NCBI GenBank assembly: GCA_965153455.1
Contig: OZ234493.1
Span: forward strand, 7,864,213-7,928,212
DNA length: 64,000 bases
Direction: 5' to 3'
DNA from: Sphagnum compactum
Taxonomy: Eukaryota
Notes under the pieces: model-generated
The model's database searches: none
What the model was told of the DNA's origin: nothing
Seen by the model: only the letters and a program-made list of their open reading frames with translations
Translations under genes and position numbers: made by a program
Part shown: piece by piece, positions 41,085 to 55,682 of the stretch
Layout of the letters: every line of letters starts with the position of its first letter
Position numbering within the stretch: position 1 is the stretch's first letter

Positions 41085-43299
41085 ATGGAGTTGAACCCTT
41101 AAAAGTTGGTTTAAATGAATGACAATTTAACATAAAATTCTAGGATTTGGAATGTTTGGGCTTGGAAGATATATCTATCAATCCTAAATTATAAATGATG
41201 CATAGGAAGTAAGCTACTTGGTTTGAACTACAACCGCAATCTAATATCTAGAAATACACTTGCACTTTTCCTTCACCGATAACATATGTAATTTTAAGTA
41301 TAGTCACCTCATAGAACCAGGAGTAGAGGGACAAAAAGTCACCTCACACCGGTTATTTGACTTTTTCAATAAAAATCGAGAACCACAATTATATATAATA
41401 ATTATGTATTTGAATTTTTGATAATCATGGATATATAGCAAAACTGAATGTTTGATCTTTTTAATCAAGACTATCAACTTTCATACCTTGCCTGATACCC
41501 CCTAGTGGTGGTTTGGTGCCACTCTGGTTCATACACTCATGCACAAATTCTTAAGATCCCCCCCCCACCCCCAAAAGCTGACCTAAAGCAAAATGCTAAA
41601 TACCCCCATCGAGCTATGTCAACTGTTCTTCCCAAACACCATGCCCCACCACTAGAGCTTTCACCTAGCTAAGGGGGTGTCCTACCTCCCATCATTTGCA
41701 AAATGTTGTTGAGCATCCTCCCAAGCCTTTGTTGTCGACTAGGATTGCAATGTGGTCTATAGAATGCTCCCATGTTCTATGCAAATTTTTGTGTGCGCAT
41801 AGATTTGAAATCCAACTAAAAATAGAGCCTTCAAGGTTTTCAGTTTTTGATTTGCAAAGGTCAAGATTATGGGTGTAGCAAAACCGCAATGATTATGGTT
41901 CATTTCTTACATCTAAAATTAGACAATTTGTGATGATAAGATTCATGGCCAACCCACAACCATACATTTGATGCAAACCAACATAGCATGTTGTCACGAC
42001 TTCCAATTTTCTTGCGACGAACTTGAATCATTGATTTTTTAAAAAATTATTATTTGCTTCCAACTCCATTTGCAAAACAAGATTTTTTTGCTTGAAATAA
42101 ATTAGGAAATTGATTTCCTATCCATGCTTGCAAGAAAATTATTTAAGGTTGCATTAATCCTTTGTTGTGTCCTTTTTAGTTGTTTGTTGAACCTTTGTTT
42201 CTCATGGTTTTGGATTTCCATTGCAAATTTTGAATCATGCTTACTCAAAATTGAGGTTTCCATTCGGCATATCTTGTTCATAATCAAATATAGGGATTTC
42301 GGGTTGAAGAAAATTTCCAACTGTAATTCACATTTAACCTAGATTCCAATTCCTAGATATTATTCTTTAAAATTTAAGGTACAAAACCAAAGTGGTACAT
42401 CATTTGTGGGACTATAAAGTTTGATTATTGCAATCACATGCCAAGATTGCAAAGTTGTTGTGGATGTTGTAGGTACAAAAACATTACAAAATGTACCATT
42501 TCTTGTTTCGAATGAAAAAGATTTAATTCAAGCTTTGAAGGAGACAATGTAATTTCCTCCTCATGAACCATTTCAAAAGCACGATAGTAGGTAGCATGCT
42601 CATGTCACAACCGGGCATGTCCACTATAACCATACAAAAATTGTGGTCATTCCATGGGATCAATTTGAGAATTTTGTCCAAGGATAATAGAATAATCCTA
42701 AGTTTTCTTACAAATTTACAAGGACATAAGAACCCAAAATTTGTAATCTCCCAAACACATTGACACACCCTAGAGCAAATTCTATAGTGTTTGTTTACAT
42801 TTGTTTTTGAATTTCTAAAGTTATTCTTCTTCAAAGCAATGCATTTGGATTTATAGTTTGTTTACCATTTATTCTCACTTTCACAACCAGGTTTTGGAAT
42901 GTTCCATATGTGGAAAAGTTCTGTTTTCTAGGTCCCAAATTGAAATGACCTTGATCACAATTGGGTGCAGAACAACATTGCACCGTTGTGTAAAATATAG
43001 CAACTTCCAACCATTGTTTTCTAAGCTATTAATTGGTAGACTTATGACATTTATTTATATTCCTACCATTTGTAGGTCATTCAAAACTATTATATTTGTT
43101 TTGCAGATATTTTTGCAACTTTGGACTAGAAGATCAAATGAACATTCTACATGCAAACATGCAAAAGTTTCTCTTGTTTACACAACATAAATGCAAATAG
43201 AGGAAAATGAATGATACTATTGCCAAAAAAAAGGGAAGAAAAGCTTTGAGTGAGTTTCCATAATCGATCCAACATTCACAACCCAAATTTCGAATTGGG

Positions 43300-43830
43300 A
43301 AGACAATGTTAGGTATGTTCATCAAACGAGGTTGTCAAAAAGCATTCATTGCCAAACAACAATATCTACACCAAAGTCTTTGTAAGTTGGTATAGCTACA
43401 TGCATGGCTAAATATGCCACAATAAAACTCTACTTGGATACCACCATGCTATGGGATTTCAATTATTAGACGATATGAAGGCACGTTTGATGGGACTTAT
43501 AAGGCAAGGCCTTTCTCCCGCTAAAATAATAACTCATCATAAGGCCTATTGTTAAGGAAAAGGCATTGAACAATGAACCTATGACCCGTGACACTTTTGT
43601 GCTCCCATCCAATGTGATAAACTTAGCAAAAAATATAGTTGATGAGTTATGGCAAAAACACCCCAAGGATCCCATCAGTGTTAGATTGTGGGTTCTAGAA
43701 AACCTTAATTTAATTTTTATTATGTCTAGCATGCCCCTTTGGACATGAATCTATCAAACCAAGATGACACACCATTCACATTCGGGAATTCAAACTCCAT
43801 GTCAGATTGAAATGACGGAAATTTTTGGAG
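43300..43830 (+). mobile_element. Fragment of a MULE/SWIM-type transposase-like gene (pseudogenised)
   Basis: It reads KRGCQKAFIAKQQYL..GLSPAKIITHHKAY..EPMTRDTFVLPSNV..HPKDPISVRLWV..PFTFG/IQTPCQIEM (across a frameshift). These resemble the KRGC, RD..L, D..S...WV and PFTLGIQT.WQ motifs I recall from plant SWIM/MULE-derived proteins. Recognised from memory, not by search. Confidence 0.6.
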
Positions 43831-46800
43831 ACCAAAATTCAGTTTCATTTGATGGAACCTTTGGAAAAAATCAAAGCAGGGTATGCCTTTTTTTTTCATT
43901 GAATGAACTGTAGTGACAAAATCATTGTTTGAGCAATTGCAACATCCACTTTGAACCAAAAATTAGGAATAAATGAAGCCATGAAATTTGTCCAACCCCC
44001 AATGGCCACCAATTTTGCGAAATGTCATCTTTTGTTTGGGTTTATTCGAATTCATCAATACTATTGTTGTCCAATATTAAACTGCAATTTACCCAACAAT
44101 TCATTGCATTAAACATTAGTTATGATTGCATGGCAATTAACATTCCTTGTATAAAAATGTTGAAACTAACATGATGTAAACCACAATGAAAAGAAAGACA
44201 TTGAAACTCCCAATAAAAAATCAAATATGCATTCATGATGTGAAATTGTGTTCTCCTTGTTGCCTCTTGCAAGTGCAACCACCCTACCTCGTAGCTCTTT
44301 CCCAAGCATAGCATGCTACAACCAATTCCACATGTTCACATGAATGAAAAGACAAATGGCACCTATATGTGCAAAAAAGAATAAATGAATTCCTACAACA
44401 CACCAAAGTAGCTAACTTACCTGACCACCACCTTCACCATTCTGACTTTCACCCACATTCATTTTTGAATGAGACTTCTACTTGTATAACTTCTTCATTG
44501 GCGATGCTTTTGGTTGTAAAACAAACCCAATCCTTACCTTAGTTTGCACTTCGTGGTAATAGTGTTTACTTCTTTGGTGAAGTCTCTCTCATCATTTTTT
44601 CTAAATGACATCATTGGGTTTTTTTTGGTTGTGAATGCACTCGATTCACATATTCAAGAACAATTTTTCCCAAGGAATGTGACTATGATCTTTCACTTCC
44701 ACTACCCATCACATAGGCTTCCCTTGGATCCACATCCTTCAACCCTAATGTTTCCTTTAGAAGATTGTGAGGTAATTGTGGCTTATGTTCAGAGGTAGAT
44801 TTTGGTTCCATTAAAACTAATTAATTAGTAGGTTCTTTTGCCTTCCTAAATACTCAAAAACATTAATTTACTTTCATTGAATGCTTACATATGGAAATGT
44901 TGATTATCCAACATGGACGCAAATTTGGCATCTAATTCATTTTGCTTCATATTGATGGATGTCATTTGAACCTACATTCTTCCAAATAAATTATGTTTTA
45001 GATAATCCACACCATGATATTAAATCACATCATTTTCATACTTGTAACATATTCTAATTTTATATCATACTATACATATTTACATGCAGATTTTTAAATG
45101 GATCAATTTTGGTACAAAATATTTGATGCATCCATGATATACGTGAAAAAATAAAATAAAAATTGTTTTCAACATGTCTTTGAACAAATTTGATAAATAG
45201 ATTACCTCAAGAGTTCAACATGTACTTGATTTGTTTTTAATCCAACATACAATAACATGAATAATAATTTTATAATATAATAAAAAAATTGACATTTTGC
45301 AATGGGACTTGAGGACTTCAAAGGTCATCATGTACCTCAGAACATTTCGACTAAATAAATAGGCTAGAAAATAAATGATTAATTACATCAAATTTTTCAC
45401 ACAAGGTTGTGGTGTCTTACTAATGTTGGACAAGTCTACTCCGATCCCTAAAGTTTCGTAACAATATTTGTCAAAACGAGATTGTGTTGCCTTTTTTTCC
45501 TTTGCAACAATAAATGAAAGTTAAAGTCAATGGGCAAAGACATGATTCCTAACAAATGAACACCTAAACATCATGAAAAATTTAGGGGGAGAATTAAAAG
45601 TCAATCAAGTACCAATCTTGTTTCTTTCCCCAATTTGCCCCATCACCCCACACTACCCAATTGCCCCACACTGCCCATATCCTTCATTTTGCTCCTAGCA
45701 TTAGACATTTGTTTTGCCTTCCTTTTGGTTTCGAATTTGGACCAATAAGCCTTTAACCTCTTTCAATAAACGAGCTCAATATTAATTAGGCAATCCATTT
45801 CCTCACCATGTACTTAACCTTCAACCTACTCCTTTCTATTTTCAACCATCTTTTCACAACATTCCTAAATCCAATCCTAGATAACTCATTGTCCACACAG
45901 TCAAATTCCTTGTCTAAAGATGCCTTCAATTTTTCTAAGTACTCAAGACCATGCCCTTTTCATTTCACAACATTAATATTTAATGTTCAAAAAATTAATT
46001 TTCTTACCACCTCATCCCAAACATTATTCTTGTCACATCCCCCATTTATTTTAATTTTTTAAGCTAGACAAATTACTAGCCAAAAGCCCTTTAGGGTTTT
46101 ATTTTAATCTTGTGGGTTTTTGTCCAACACCTTGTCCAATGTCAAAAGTGGCATCATTCTCATTTCTTTTGCCCTATGAACTATCCTAACTATTCTCTTT
46201 AACTTCACCTTAATTCATTATAAGAAATTTTATCGTTTGCAACTAATCATTATGCAACCCATTATTATTGTTTGCAACAACTTTGGTTATGCTTGCAACT
46301 ATAAAATTGATATCGTAGAATTTTTGGGCCATATCGCTGTGTGTGCAATTAAAATGCAACTAATGATGTACAAAATCAACATGTGTCATAAAACAATGAC
46401 CTAAGTTAATATACCCAATATATTTACATAAGCTATGTATAATAGTATTATTTTTCTAATACTAAAGCTAAAACCATGTTAACTAAAGCTAAACCTAAGC
46501 TAGCCAAACTTAAGCATTGACTAAATCTAGGCTACACTCACATTAACCACAATTAAACGAACCATGATTAAATTAACTAGGAAGCTAAATTAACAATGGT
46601 TAAATTAACTAAAAAATTTAATGTTACATGGCTAAACTAACTATGATTAAATTAACTAAACTTTAAATACCTTAGCTTAGGCTAGTTACTAGCCTAAAAT
46701 AGGTAGTTATATAATATTACTAATAATTAGTATAGGTAAACATATATAATTATTTTAATAATAATAATACATATAATTACTAAAGTAATTAATTATTAAT

Positions 46801-47650
46801 GAAAATTATTATTCTTATTAGTATTCAGTTGTTAATATTTTAATATTATGAATCATAAAAATGAATATAATCAGGATTATTTATTTATTTATTCAATAAT
46901 AATTATTTTAGTATTATGAATTTTTTAAAATTAAATTTTAAGATAAATAGTGAATAATAATTAATAATAATAAAAATAATAATAAACACCATGAGTATTC
47001 TTCAATATATTTTATTATAATTATATTATAATTATGTCAATATTAATATACCTATGGCTAGTAGGTTACATTAGCTAACCTAGGCACCCTATCGATGTAA
47101 ATTAGTTAGCTTAAATTATATAATAATATTATAACATTGTTTATTACTAACTATTATAGGTATTCATTGTTATTAAAATCTTATTAAAACTGAAATGGAT
47201 ATTTATTAACAAATTAGTATTATTATCATAATATTATAGTATTATTACCTATTAAATTATATTACTCATAATATAATTAATATATCTAATAGGTAAAGTA
47301 GGTTAGTATGGCACAAATACAATGCAAATACAATATTTGCATGTAGGTTGCAATTATATTAGTTACATTGGCAACCAAACTTTTATCTTTTGCCCTTTAT
47401 TCCAAGTGTGCACACTATATAAGTAGGTGCATTAATCTTGTTTATAAACCAAATACCAAATGCCATTTAGGATGAGCCAATGAAGATACTCAACCTTAAA
47501 GGCTAAACCCAAACGTAAAATTAAATTATTTAAAACCTAGCTAACTACCTTAGCCCTACCATCCTACCTACCTATCTATGACCAACCTACTTATTTACTT
47601 ACCTACCTACCTACCTAACTAAAAATAATAATCAATGGGCTTGTAAAATT

Positions 47651-47915
47651 ACCATGTGTCACCATATAATTGGCCATCACAAATGCACACCTATCAAAAT
47701 CTGATTCACACTTTATTGGACGATGAGAAATTATTAGTTTATTAATAATGATAAATATTGAAATAAAGTTCAAATGCCATGGGTCATCATATAATTGATT
47801 TTAACAAATGAACACATGTCAAAATTTGATTCACATTTTATTGGATGATCAAAATATTATTATTTTATTAATAATGATGAATATTGAAATAAGGTTCAAA
47901 TGACACATGTCACCA
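47651..47915. repeat. ~125-bp tandem duplication
   Basis: The pattern tcaaaat.tgattcaca.tttattgga..attaataatgat.aatattgaaataa.gttcaaatg occurs twice. Confidence 0.8.
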
Positions 47916-50900
47916 TGGGCAACCCCTATAGAATAATATAAATGTATAAAATATAAATCCATGTTGTATATGTTGTCTGCATACATATTATCACATGTAA
48001 CTACCAGTTGTGTAACTACCAGTTGTGTGCAACTTGTTTTATGCAACTACGGAGTCTAGTAATTGCATGTGTCACATGCAATTGAAAATCATTGGCATAT
48101 GATAATTGCAAATGATAATTTTCCTTCTAATGGTTACCATTGCAACAAACACTTGTGGTGCATTAGATTGGCCCACAAATTGACTTCCATTCGGTCTAGG
48201 CACTTGGATCCAAGACCCTGGGTATTGAGGTGCATCATGGGTGGCAACCCTCATGGTTGCAATTGTATCCAAGTTTCTTGCACCCACCCATGTGACGGGT
48301 GCCATTGCCACCATGTGACGGGTGCCATTGCCACTAAGGTGCAAGGATTCAATTTGAAGACCTGAGGAACCCATTACCTTTAGTAAAACTTGAACATTTG
48401 GATTATTAGGGGTCCTAAGCAAAAATTGGTTTTTTTTCACCTTTGTTGTAGATGAAATAACTTGTTTAGTCACATCATGCATAGGTTCTACGTCTTGTCT
48501 TGTCTCTATTTACACCCCAACACCTACAAAGACGTACACCCCCATTTTAATAAAGGTTTTACATAAAAATTCTAAACCATAACTACCTTGTTCAAAGTTT
48601 TGCAATTGTATGTAATCCAATATGTATCAACTAATATAACTACATTAGTTGTTATTTGTTAAGTAATATAACAAATGGCAATCTAGTCAAATGTTAGACA
48701 CTATAGTCAATTAGTTGTTACATAAAGTTTGAAAATGAATATCACAATTAATTTAACTAAAGTCAATACATGTGACAATAATTGAAGTATGTTGCAAATG
48801 AATCAAACCAAAACCTCATTTTTGACATTTCACAACAATTACAAATTTAATTTTGATATCAATGCCTTTTCACAAATGAAAAGACTCCAACCAAGAATCA
48901 TTGAATTTTCACAATAATACTTGCAGATCATGGTTTGTACAGGCATGTTCTATTGAATGGATGTTATAATCACCTTTGTATTTTTCATTGTTTATATCAA
49001 TGAATGCTTCCATGATAAACCCCCCCATGCACTCTTTGAAAGTGCACTTTGTAAAAACAGCCCTCTATGTAGATAGGTGAGTAAGGCACTTGTTGGCTAC
49101 TAGGTAGGTAGATATGTGCAGGTGGTTAGTACATGACTTACCAACATGGTGATGATTAGTCCCAAGGTATAAGACACAAAAAATAAAAATAAAAATCTTG
49201 TTCACATGCCATTCATCATGCATAGTGCATTGATTGATGTTGTTTTAGTTTTAGTACAAGAACACACTGAAATGCCAATTTAGTTTTAGTAGAAGGACAC
49301 ATAAATCGAGCCCTTCCAACAATATAAGTTTATCTTATCCGGTTCAAATATCCATGTTCAAATATGCATAGAGTCTATGTATGGATAAGTGTATATCATT
49401 AAGATATATGTCATCCTTGCTAATTAACAACTCTATTAGTCAACCCAATATTGTGGATGGATTAAGAAAACATGTCATCTTTGCAAGGATTTGATGAATG
49501 TCCCACATCTTCCAACTAAAGTGGAGAAGGTTCTCATACAGTCTTAAACCCTTCTTCTCTTTTTCTTTGTCTTACTAATTTTGCATTTTAACTAGACTAC
49601 TAGGCTTATAATAAGTACCCAATACTTATAGGTGTGCACTTATTCATTCATGCTTCTATTAATTAGTGAGAGGGTCATGAGTCCCCAATTTCTTTTAGGA
49701 GGAGCCATTTGATTGGTCCATCAGCAATATTTTTGGAACATGTGGCACTCCCCAACATAGAAGCCTAAATATCGGTCTTCCCAAAATGGGAGCATGCTTT
49801 GTCATGCTCCCCTTTGGGCCCCCCCCCCTTTACAACTTAGATACATGAAGTTGAACCAGTGTCAAACAATATGGGATAAAAAATGAAGTGCTATTTGGGA
49901 ACATCTTAGGGAGCACATTAGGTACTTGGGGGGAACACATTGGGAACAATCAAAAGACAAACCACAGCACCCTTGAGCTGACTGCTGGACATAATGAACA
50001 ACATCCTTTACATTGATAACCTATTTAGTGGGTGGATGTTGATCATTATCATCCATCCACAAAATGGATATGAATCACTTTTCATCCACACACACAAGGA
50101 AACAAGCAAAGTCTTAATATGTGATATAACTCTGGCATGAATCTCCAATCAGGAAGAGACAAATCAGCGAGTCAGCTCCTAGAGCTGGTTATGTACCCGG
50201 AAATTGATAGTTAGTTGGATGCTAACCAAGTTCTTTGACCAAAGACAGATTTAAAATCGAGAGAAAGGGAAATGAGCATAACATATTTATATGGGCATTG
50301 CCTTTTTTTTTAAAAATAATAATAATTATTAAGTTCTTATTTTTTTTGTTTGAATTTCATTTATTTGTATTAACTAAATCACTTGTAAAATTAAATCATG
50401 TTTTACAAGATCCTATATTAGCTAGAAATTCACTTCACATTTATGCAAGATTCGTCATCAGTGGCGTTGGCTTTTGGTACTTGCCAGTCCAATCTAGCCT
50501 AACACAGAGTCTCTTTCTGCTTCAAAGAATAATACTTAGGGCCACGGTTTGTTTTGGGTTTTTTTTAAATAAATTTTTTTTTGGTATAAAAAAAATTGGT
50601 GCATTACTCCAAAATTGGTCAAATTTACACTCAACATTTAAACATTTCCAGAAATTTCCCAATTTTTTTTAAAAATAAAAAAAGTAACAAAATTTTGTTG
50701 AAAAAATCACTGCTTAGGACACAGCAAGGACCTGACAGTTCTTTAAAAGCTAAATATCTTGAGGAACCTTGAAGGTCTTTTCAAATCTCCCATTTTTTTT
50801 TACCATTGGATATTTGTCAAAGGGTTCTCCCTAATATTATGATAGTGTAAGCGAACTCAAATCCAACTCCAATTTTATGATATTCAAAATCTGGTGAAAT

Positions 50901-53399
50901 TTTCCAAAATAATAGCAAAATTAGACCAAACTTTACACTGGAAAAACAAAAAATTCCCAAAAACAATAATTGGGCAAAAGGTAACAAACTTTGTTGGAAA
51001 AAAATCAATATTTTACCTTGTTTGTCACATTGGAATGGTAGGCATAATATTTACCTTGTATGAAGAATTATTGAGTTAGATCCATTGGGTGCAGTGAAAC
51101 TTTTTTTGTGCAATTAAAGTTTCCCCAGGTTGCAACACAGATTCAAATTTGATGTCACAAGATTAAATTTTTTCCTTGGAATAATTCGCCATATTTAGGC
51201 TATACTGTTTTTTTAGCCTGAATCAGTAGGATTCTATCTCAAGCCAAAATGAGTAGCCAGAAAAAGGAGGATCAATAAACATTTCAAACTTTCATACTTT
51301 GTTTATAGCCAAATTTGGCTAGATCTTCTTATGGTTCATCACAACCTGTGCTACAGCAGATTTTTTTAATATTATTATTTATTATTATAAAAAAAAACCC
51401 TGATTGATTGGGTGGGTAAGGAGAAAATATCAACTATATTACATATTTTTCTATCATCTAGAAATGAGGACGAGTTTGGGTAGTTATTACCTGGTTTCAA
51501 AATTCAAAATATTCGCTCCCATTTTTGCCTTACCCATCAACTATATTCAGCCTCCTCACCCCCATCATTCTACCCACCCACCTACATACCCTCCTACCTA
51601 CCTACCCACCCACACACCTACTTTTCTACCAACTTAGCACTTAAGTGATATTGATGTTGAAAATATGGCAAAAAATACAAATATTGCAAAAACTTGCTGA
51701 CACCTATTTTATTCTCCATTCTAGCCCTCATGCATGTATTGTAGTATCCTCAGTTTATGCAACCATTATCTCACGTTACCTTAGAAAATGCAATACCCAA
51801 ATGTGACTTATTTTCATTTCTTATATGGTTTTAAAATTATTAAAAAAATTATGGCCAACCTTTATTTTTCTTTTTTCTTATTATTTCTTCTTCATTTTTT
51901 TCTCTTTCCAATTTTTTCCTTCTTCATTTCTTTATCCTTTTTGCCTTCTTCATTGTGGATGCATAGGATTTTGCTCGCATGCAAGTATGCACAAGTTGCC
52001 AAAAAAACCAGCTGCCATTTCATGTTTTTAATGCCAGTATTGCACAACAAACCCAAAAAAAAACAGTGCACATTTTGTGAGCTCAATGTCGGTATTGCAA
52101 AATCCAACATAGAAATCAAATACCCACCTTACATGGACCCAATAAACCAATGCACTTAGTGTTGGGGTGAATGCTTGATTTCTTTAATAACCTCTGGTTC
52201 CGATTGTTTGAAAATTTTAAAAATCAAAGAACCTCTGGGTCCAGGTTTTTTTCAAAAAACCCCTCACAGGACTGATGGATTTATGAATTAACCAGCAGTT
52301 TTGTAGACGGTTATCTGACCAGTTCTTAGATTTTTTTGGCAAACTATGCCTTTATATATCAGAGTCAGTTTTGTTTTTTTTTTTCTTCTATTTTTGGTGG
52401 GGGAGAACAGCAGTTATGTATTGGATCCAATTCTTTGACGTCTAGAACCTCGGTTAAATGTATTTAAGAACCACCCTGAGAACCGCCTGGCATTTGGTGG
52501 CCCATGTCTAATACCCACCCTATAACCCTCTCCTCTCCAATTGGGTGATTCATGTATTGGATGGAACCCAGTGACTTTACTTTGTAGCACCTCTCATTTA
52601 ATACAAACTATGTTTGGAGGTAGCTGGTAAACTTTTATTGCTACCCTTTTAATACCCTACCAAAGCTGGTAAAAAGATTTCGTACTTACCTTTTTGAAGC
52701 CTTACTTGTTAAGTATATACTTTTACTTTACCGGGAAGGGGTAAATGTTTTGAGGCAAATACAAACAGGGTATATGCCAAATGCTTTTTCTATAGAGTAT
52801 ATAGGCGTTCCATAGTTTGCAATATGATGAATTTGTTTTGAATTATGGTGAGTAACTAATGAATATGTTTGTTTTTGGAATTTTATTTCTATTCACTGCA
52901 TTAATTGTCTTGAACAAGATTCTTACCATATACTTTTGGAATCATTTATTTTATATTCATGATTGTAGTTCCATGTGATTTTATATGAACGTTTGGAATC
53001 TATTATAAATATTTAATTCTGTTGAATGGTTTCATTATATATTTTTTGTGATTTTTTTATGTAACAAGTTTTCATGTGTCCATGTTTGTAATGCTAATTG
53101 TAGAACTAATTGTCTTTCTTGACTTGCTCATGTAATATAATTGTACATTTATTATACATATTCTGATTTTTTATGCCTTTTACCCTACATTTACCCACTT
53201 CCACCTCTTGGATAGTTATAATGTATGTTATACATTATTTACCCTTGCTTTTATTTTGTGAACATGGTAAAGGTTGGGGTGTTTTTTTGGGAGCTTACAT
53301 ATATTTGTCATGTGTTCCTATGTTGGCATTTACAACTATCAATGTCATGACATATACAAAACATAATATAAAAATACCATAAATGGTACACCATGTCCA

Positions 53400-54420
53400 A
53401 ACCGCCCTCCTATCTAGGGCTAAGGTCCCCCAAGCCAAATAACAATGTTGCTCCCTAATGGAATTTCATTATGGATTAACACTTTGGTTCTAAGGTGAAA
53501 AGACTAATTAACCTTAGTGTTTTTTCTCATGATGATTCACATTTGGTTAGGAATTTGAAGGATTGCAACAATGTGAGTAACGACCTTTGGAACCTAGGTC
53601 TATTTGGTGAGCTAAAAGCAAAATCATTTGTTCATTAACACTTCTTCCAAAGGTAGACATCCCATAGGCCAACCTCAAGAACATTAATCACAAATCAACA
53701 CAATGGTAGTTCCTGAAGATTGCCCACGTAACATACAAAATAAACCAATGGGAACCATTGATAAGGATGAGTTAATAATATTGACAAATGGCACAATCTT
53801 TTCCAAATACCTAGAAAGTCACCTTAAAAATGTGTTGCAATGAAAATTGCAACATTGTGACTCCTATTTGTTTACACCATACCATGGGAACACCCTCGAG
53901 GCTCATAACCACCTTTGTCAATAATGGCATAACAAAACGTATCCCAATGTTGGGCAATTGCAAAATTTTCCATAGCCATGGGTATACATGTTGAAACAAA
54001 ATAGCCCGTTGCTCACATGCATGAATCCACATGTTAAGATCATCCAAGTTGATTATCACCATCACATTTCGTCAAATTGAAGTTGGTAGTTTGGGTTCAT
54101 GGCCAAACAATACGTATGGTAAAAAAGATGAAAGAAAAGCATGTCAAATGAAGCTATATCCCATAACTAGCCATGGTATTTGCAAGTCCCAATCTTGAGT
54201 ATGGCCCTTTTGGAATCCATATTTCCACAAATTTTGTTTCACCGTTTACACCATCCATTTAATTAATGAATTTATCTCAAGATGGTTTCATGAAGTTGTG
54301 TGATGATTAATCAAGGCCTTTTCACATAACTTTTGGAACTCCTTACGAAATACCATGCTTGGTGAATATTTTGACTAAAACCCCAAATCTACTAGGCACC
54401 CTATCCAGACACTACTAGAA
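53400..54420 (-). mobile_element. Relic Ty3/gypsy integrase (rve core) followed by a decayed PHD finger
   Basis: The minus strand reads LDRVPSRFGVLV..EFQKLCEKALINHHTTS*NHLE..TVKQNLWKYG..DWDLQIPWLVMGY..LFGHEPKLP. It continues to CMLRGQSSGTTIVLICD*CS*GWPMGCLPLEEVLMNK*FC (~53618..53737). A purine tract (AGGAGGGCGG) lies near 53402..53411. Confidence 0.7.
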
Positions 54421-55036
54421 AACATGTGGTTATACCACTAATCATGTATTTAGTTAATTCCAGACTTTTAAAGAGTCTAGAATTAACATTCGACCATTTG
54501 AAAGATGGAAAATTAGGAAGAAGTTTCCACTTGGGGGCCACCAAATGATGCAACAACAATTATTATTAATATTTTGCATCATTAGATGATCCAATAAATA
54601 TATGCTAACAATAATTTGCCTCAAACTTAATCCCAACCATTAGGTTAGAAAAAGTCCAAAATTGACAATTTAGTTTGTAATTAACTAAATACATGTTTCT
54701 ACAACCAACCACCCAAATCAACTTTGGGTGGTTTGTCATTGTGACAAACCATTAACTGCCAACATGAATGGGCACAACCCACTACATCCCCACTATAAGG
54801 GTTTTATAGTGGTTGACAATAATGGTCATGTTTTCTTTCAACTTTTTATGCCCAGTTTTATTTTCAAGTAATATTAAACCCCACCCACCCTAGTTAACCA
54901 TATCACCTAAGTGGTTTGCATTAGTGGTAAAAATATTTGTACTTGGATTAACCACATGAAAGCTTTTTATTTTCAAATTATACATACAAACATAACTACC
55001 TATATAGTAACTATAAGTAGGTAATTGCCTACCTAT

Positions 55037-55668
55037 TGTCACATGCACATAAACAACTAAAATGACAAGATTTCCTAAATCAAGATTAAAACAAGGGCAA
55101 GCCTAATCTTAAATCCAGATCGTGAAACAAAAAAAACAAAAACAAAAACACAACAAGTACAAAACAAGATTTCAATAGGATTTTATTACAAGAACAAAAC
55201 AACAACAAAACAAGGTTGTGACAAGAAAATATACCCAAAATTAATGTTGAATAGATTAAAGGTAATAAAGAATTCTACCTCTATTTATACCTATTCGACA
55301 CCTAGCTTAAGAAACTTCCAACTTATATGTGGCCCATGTTCACCCATGTGTGACCCATGTGTACCAATGTGTGAAGTATGAGTGAATTAAAACTCAACTA
55401 ATAGTGAACAAAAAGTTAATTAAGAATTAACTGGAAGGGAATAAGAATTAACTAAAAATGAATTAAAAGTCAAGTGAATTAAAAATCAACTAAAAGTGAA
55501 CTAAGACATAATTAAGAGTGAATTAAAAATTAATTAGAAGTGAACTAAACTTTAACTAGAAGCTAACTAAGAGTGAACTAAAATTAAATTAAGAGTTAAG
55601 TAAAAATTCATTATAAATCATGAATGAACATTCAAAGGAATGAATTCCATAATGTTGGCATTGTGACA
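55037..55668 (-). repeat. 3' LTR of the chromovirus (632 bp)
   Basis: Starts tgtcacatgcac and ends gttggcattgtgaca. It is colinear with 60650..60790 plus 61539..61980. Confidence 0.9.
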
Positions 55669-55682
55669 TCACCTCGCCTTCT
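55669..55682 (-). other. Polypurine tract of the chromovirus
   Basis: Minus-strand AGAAGGCGAGGTGA lies immediately before the TG of the 3' LTR. Confidence 0.75.

Larger units (their letters stand above)
39063..41348. mobile_element. 2.3-kb solo-LTR-like element (TGTGA..TCACA) inserted into a dispersed repeat
   Basis: Termini are TGTGAA and CTCACA. The flanks GCGGT (39058..39062) and CCGGT (41349..41353) form a 5-bp TSD with one mismatch. The empty site tttaggcggttatttgac resembles the uninterrupted related repeat at ~52300 (tagacggttatctgac). No gag or pol was seen inside. Confidence 0.7.

Noticed and set aside
48069-48335. tgtcac..gtgac segment resembling a small solo LTR
   Set aside because: There is no CA terminus or TSD, only a 23-bp tandem duplication inside a TGCAACT-rich degenerate repeat.
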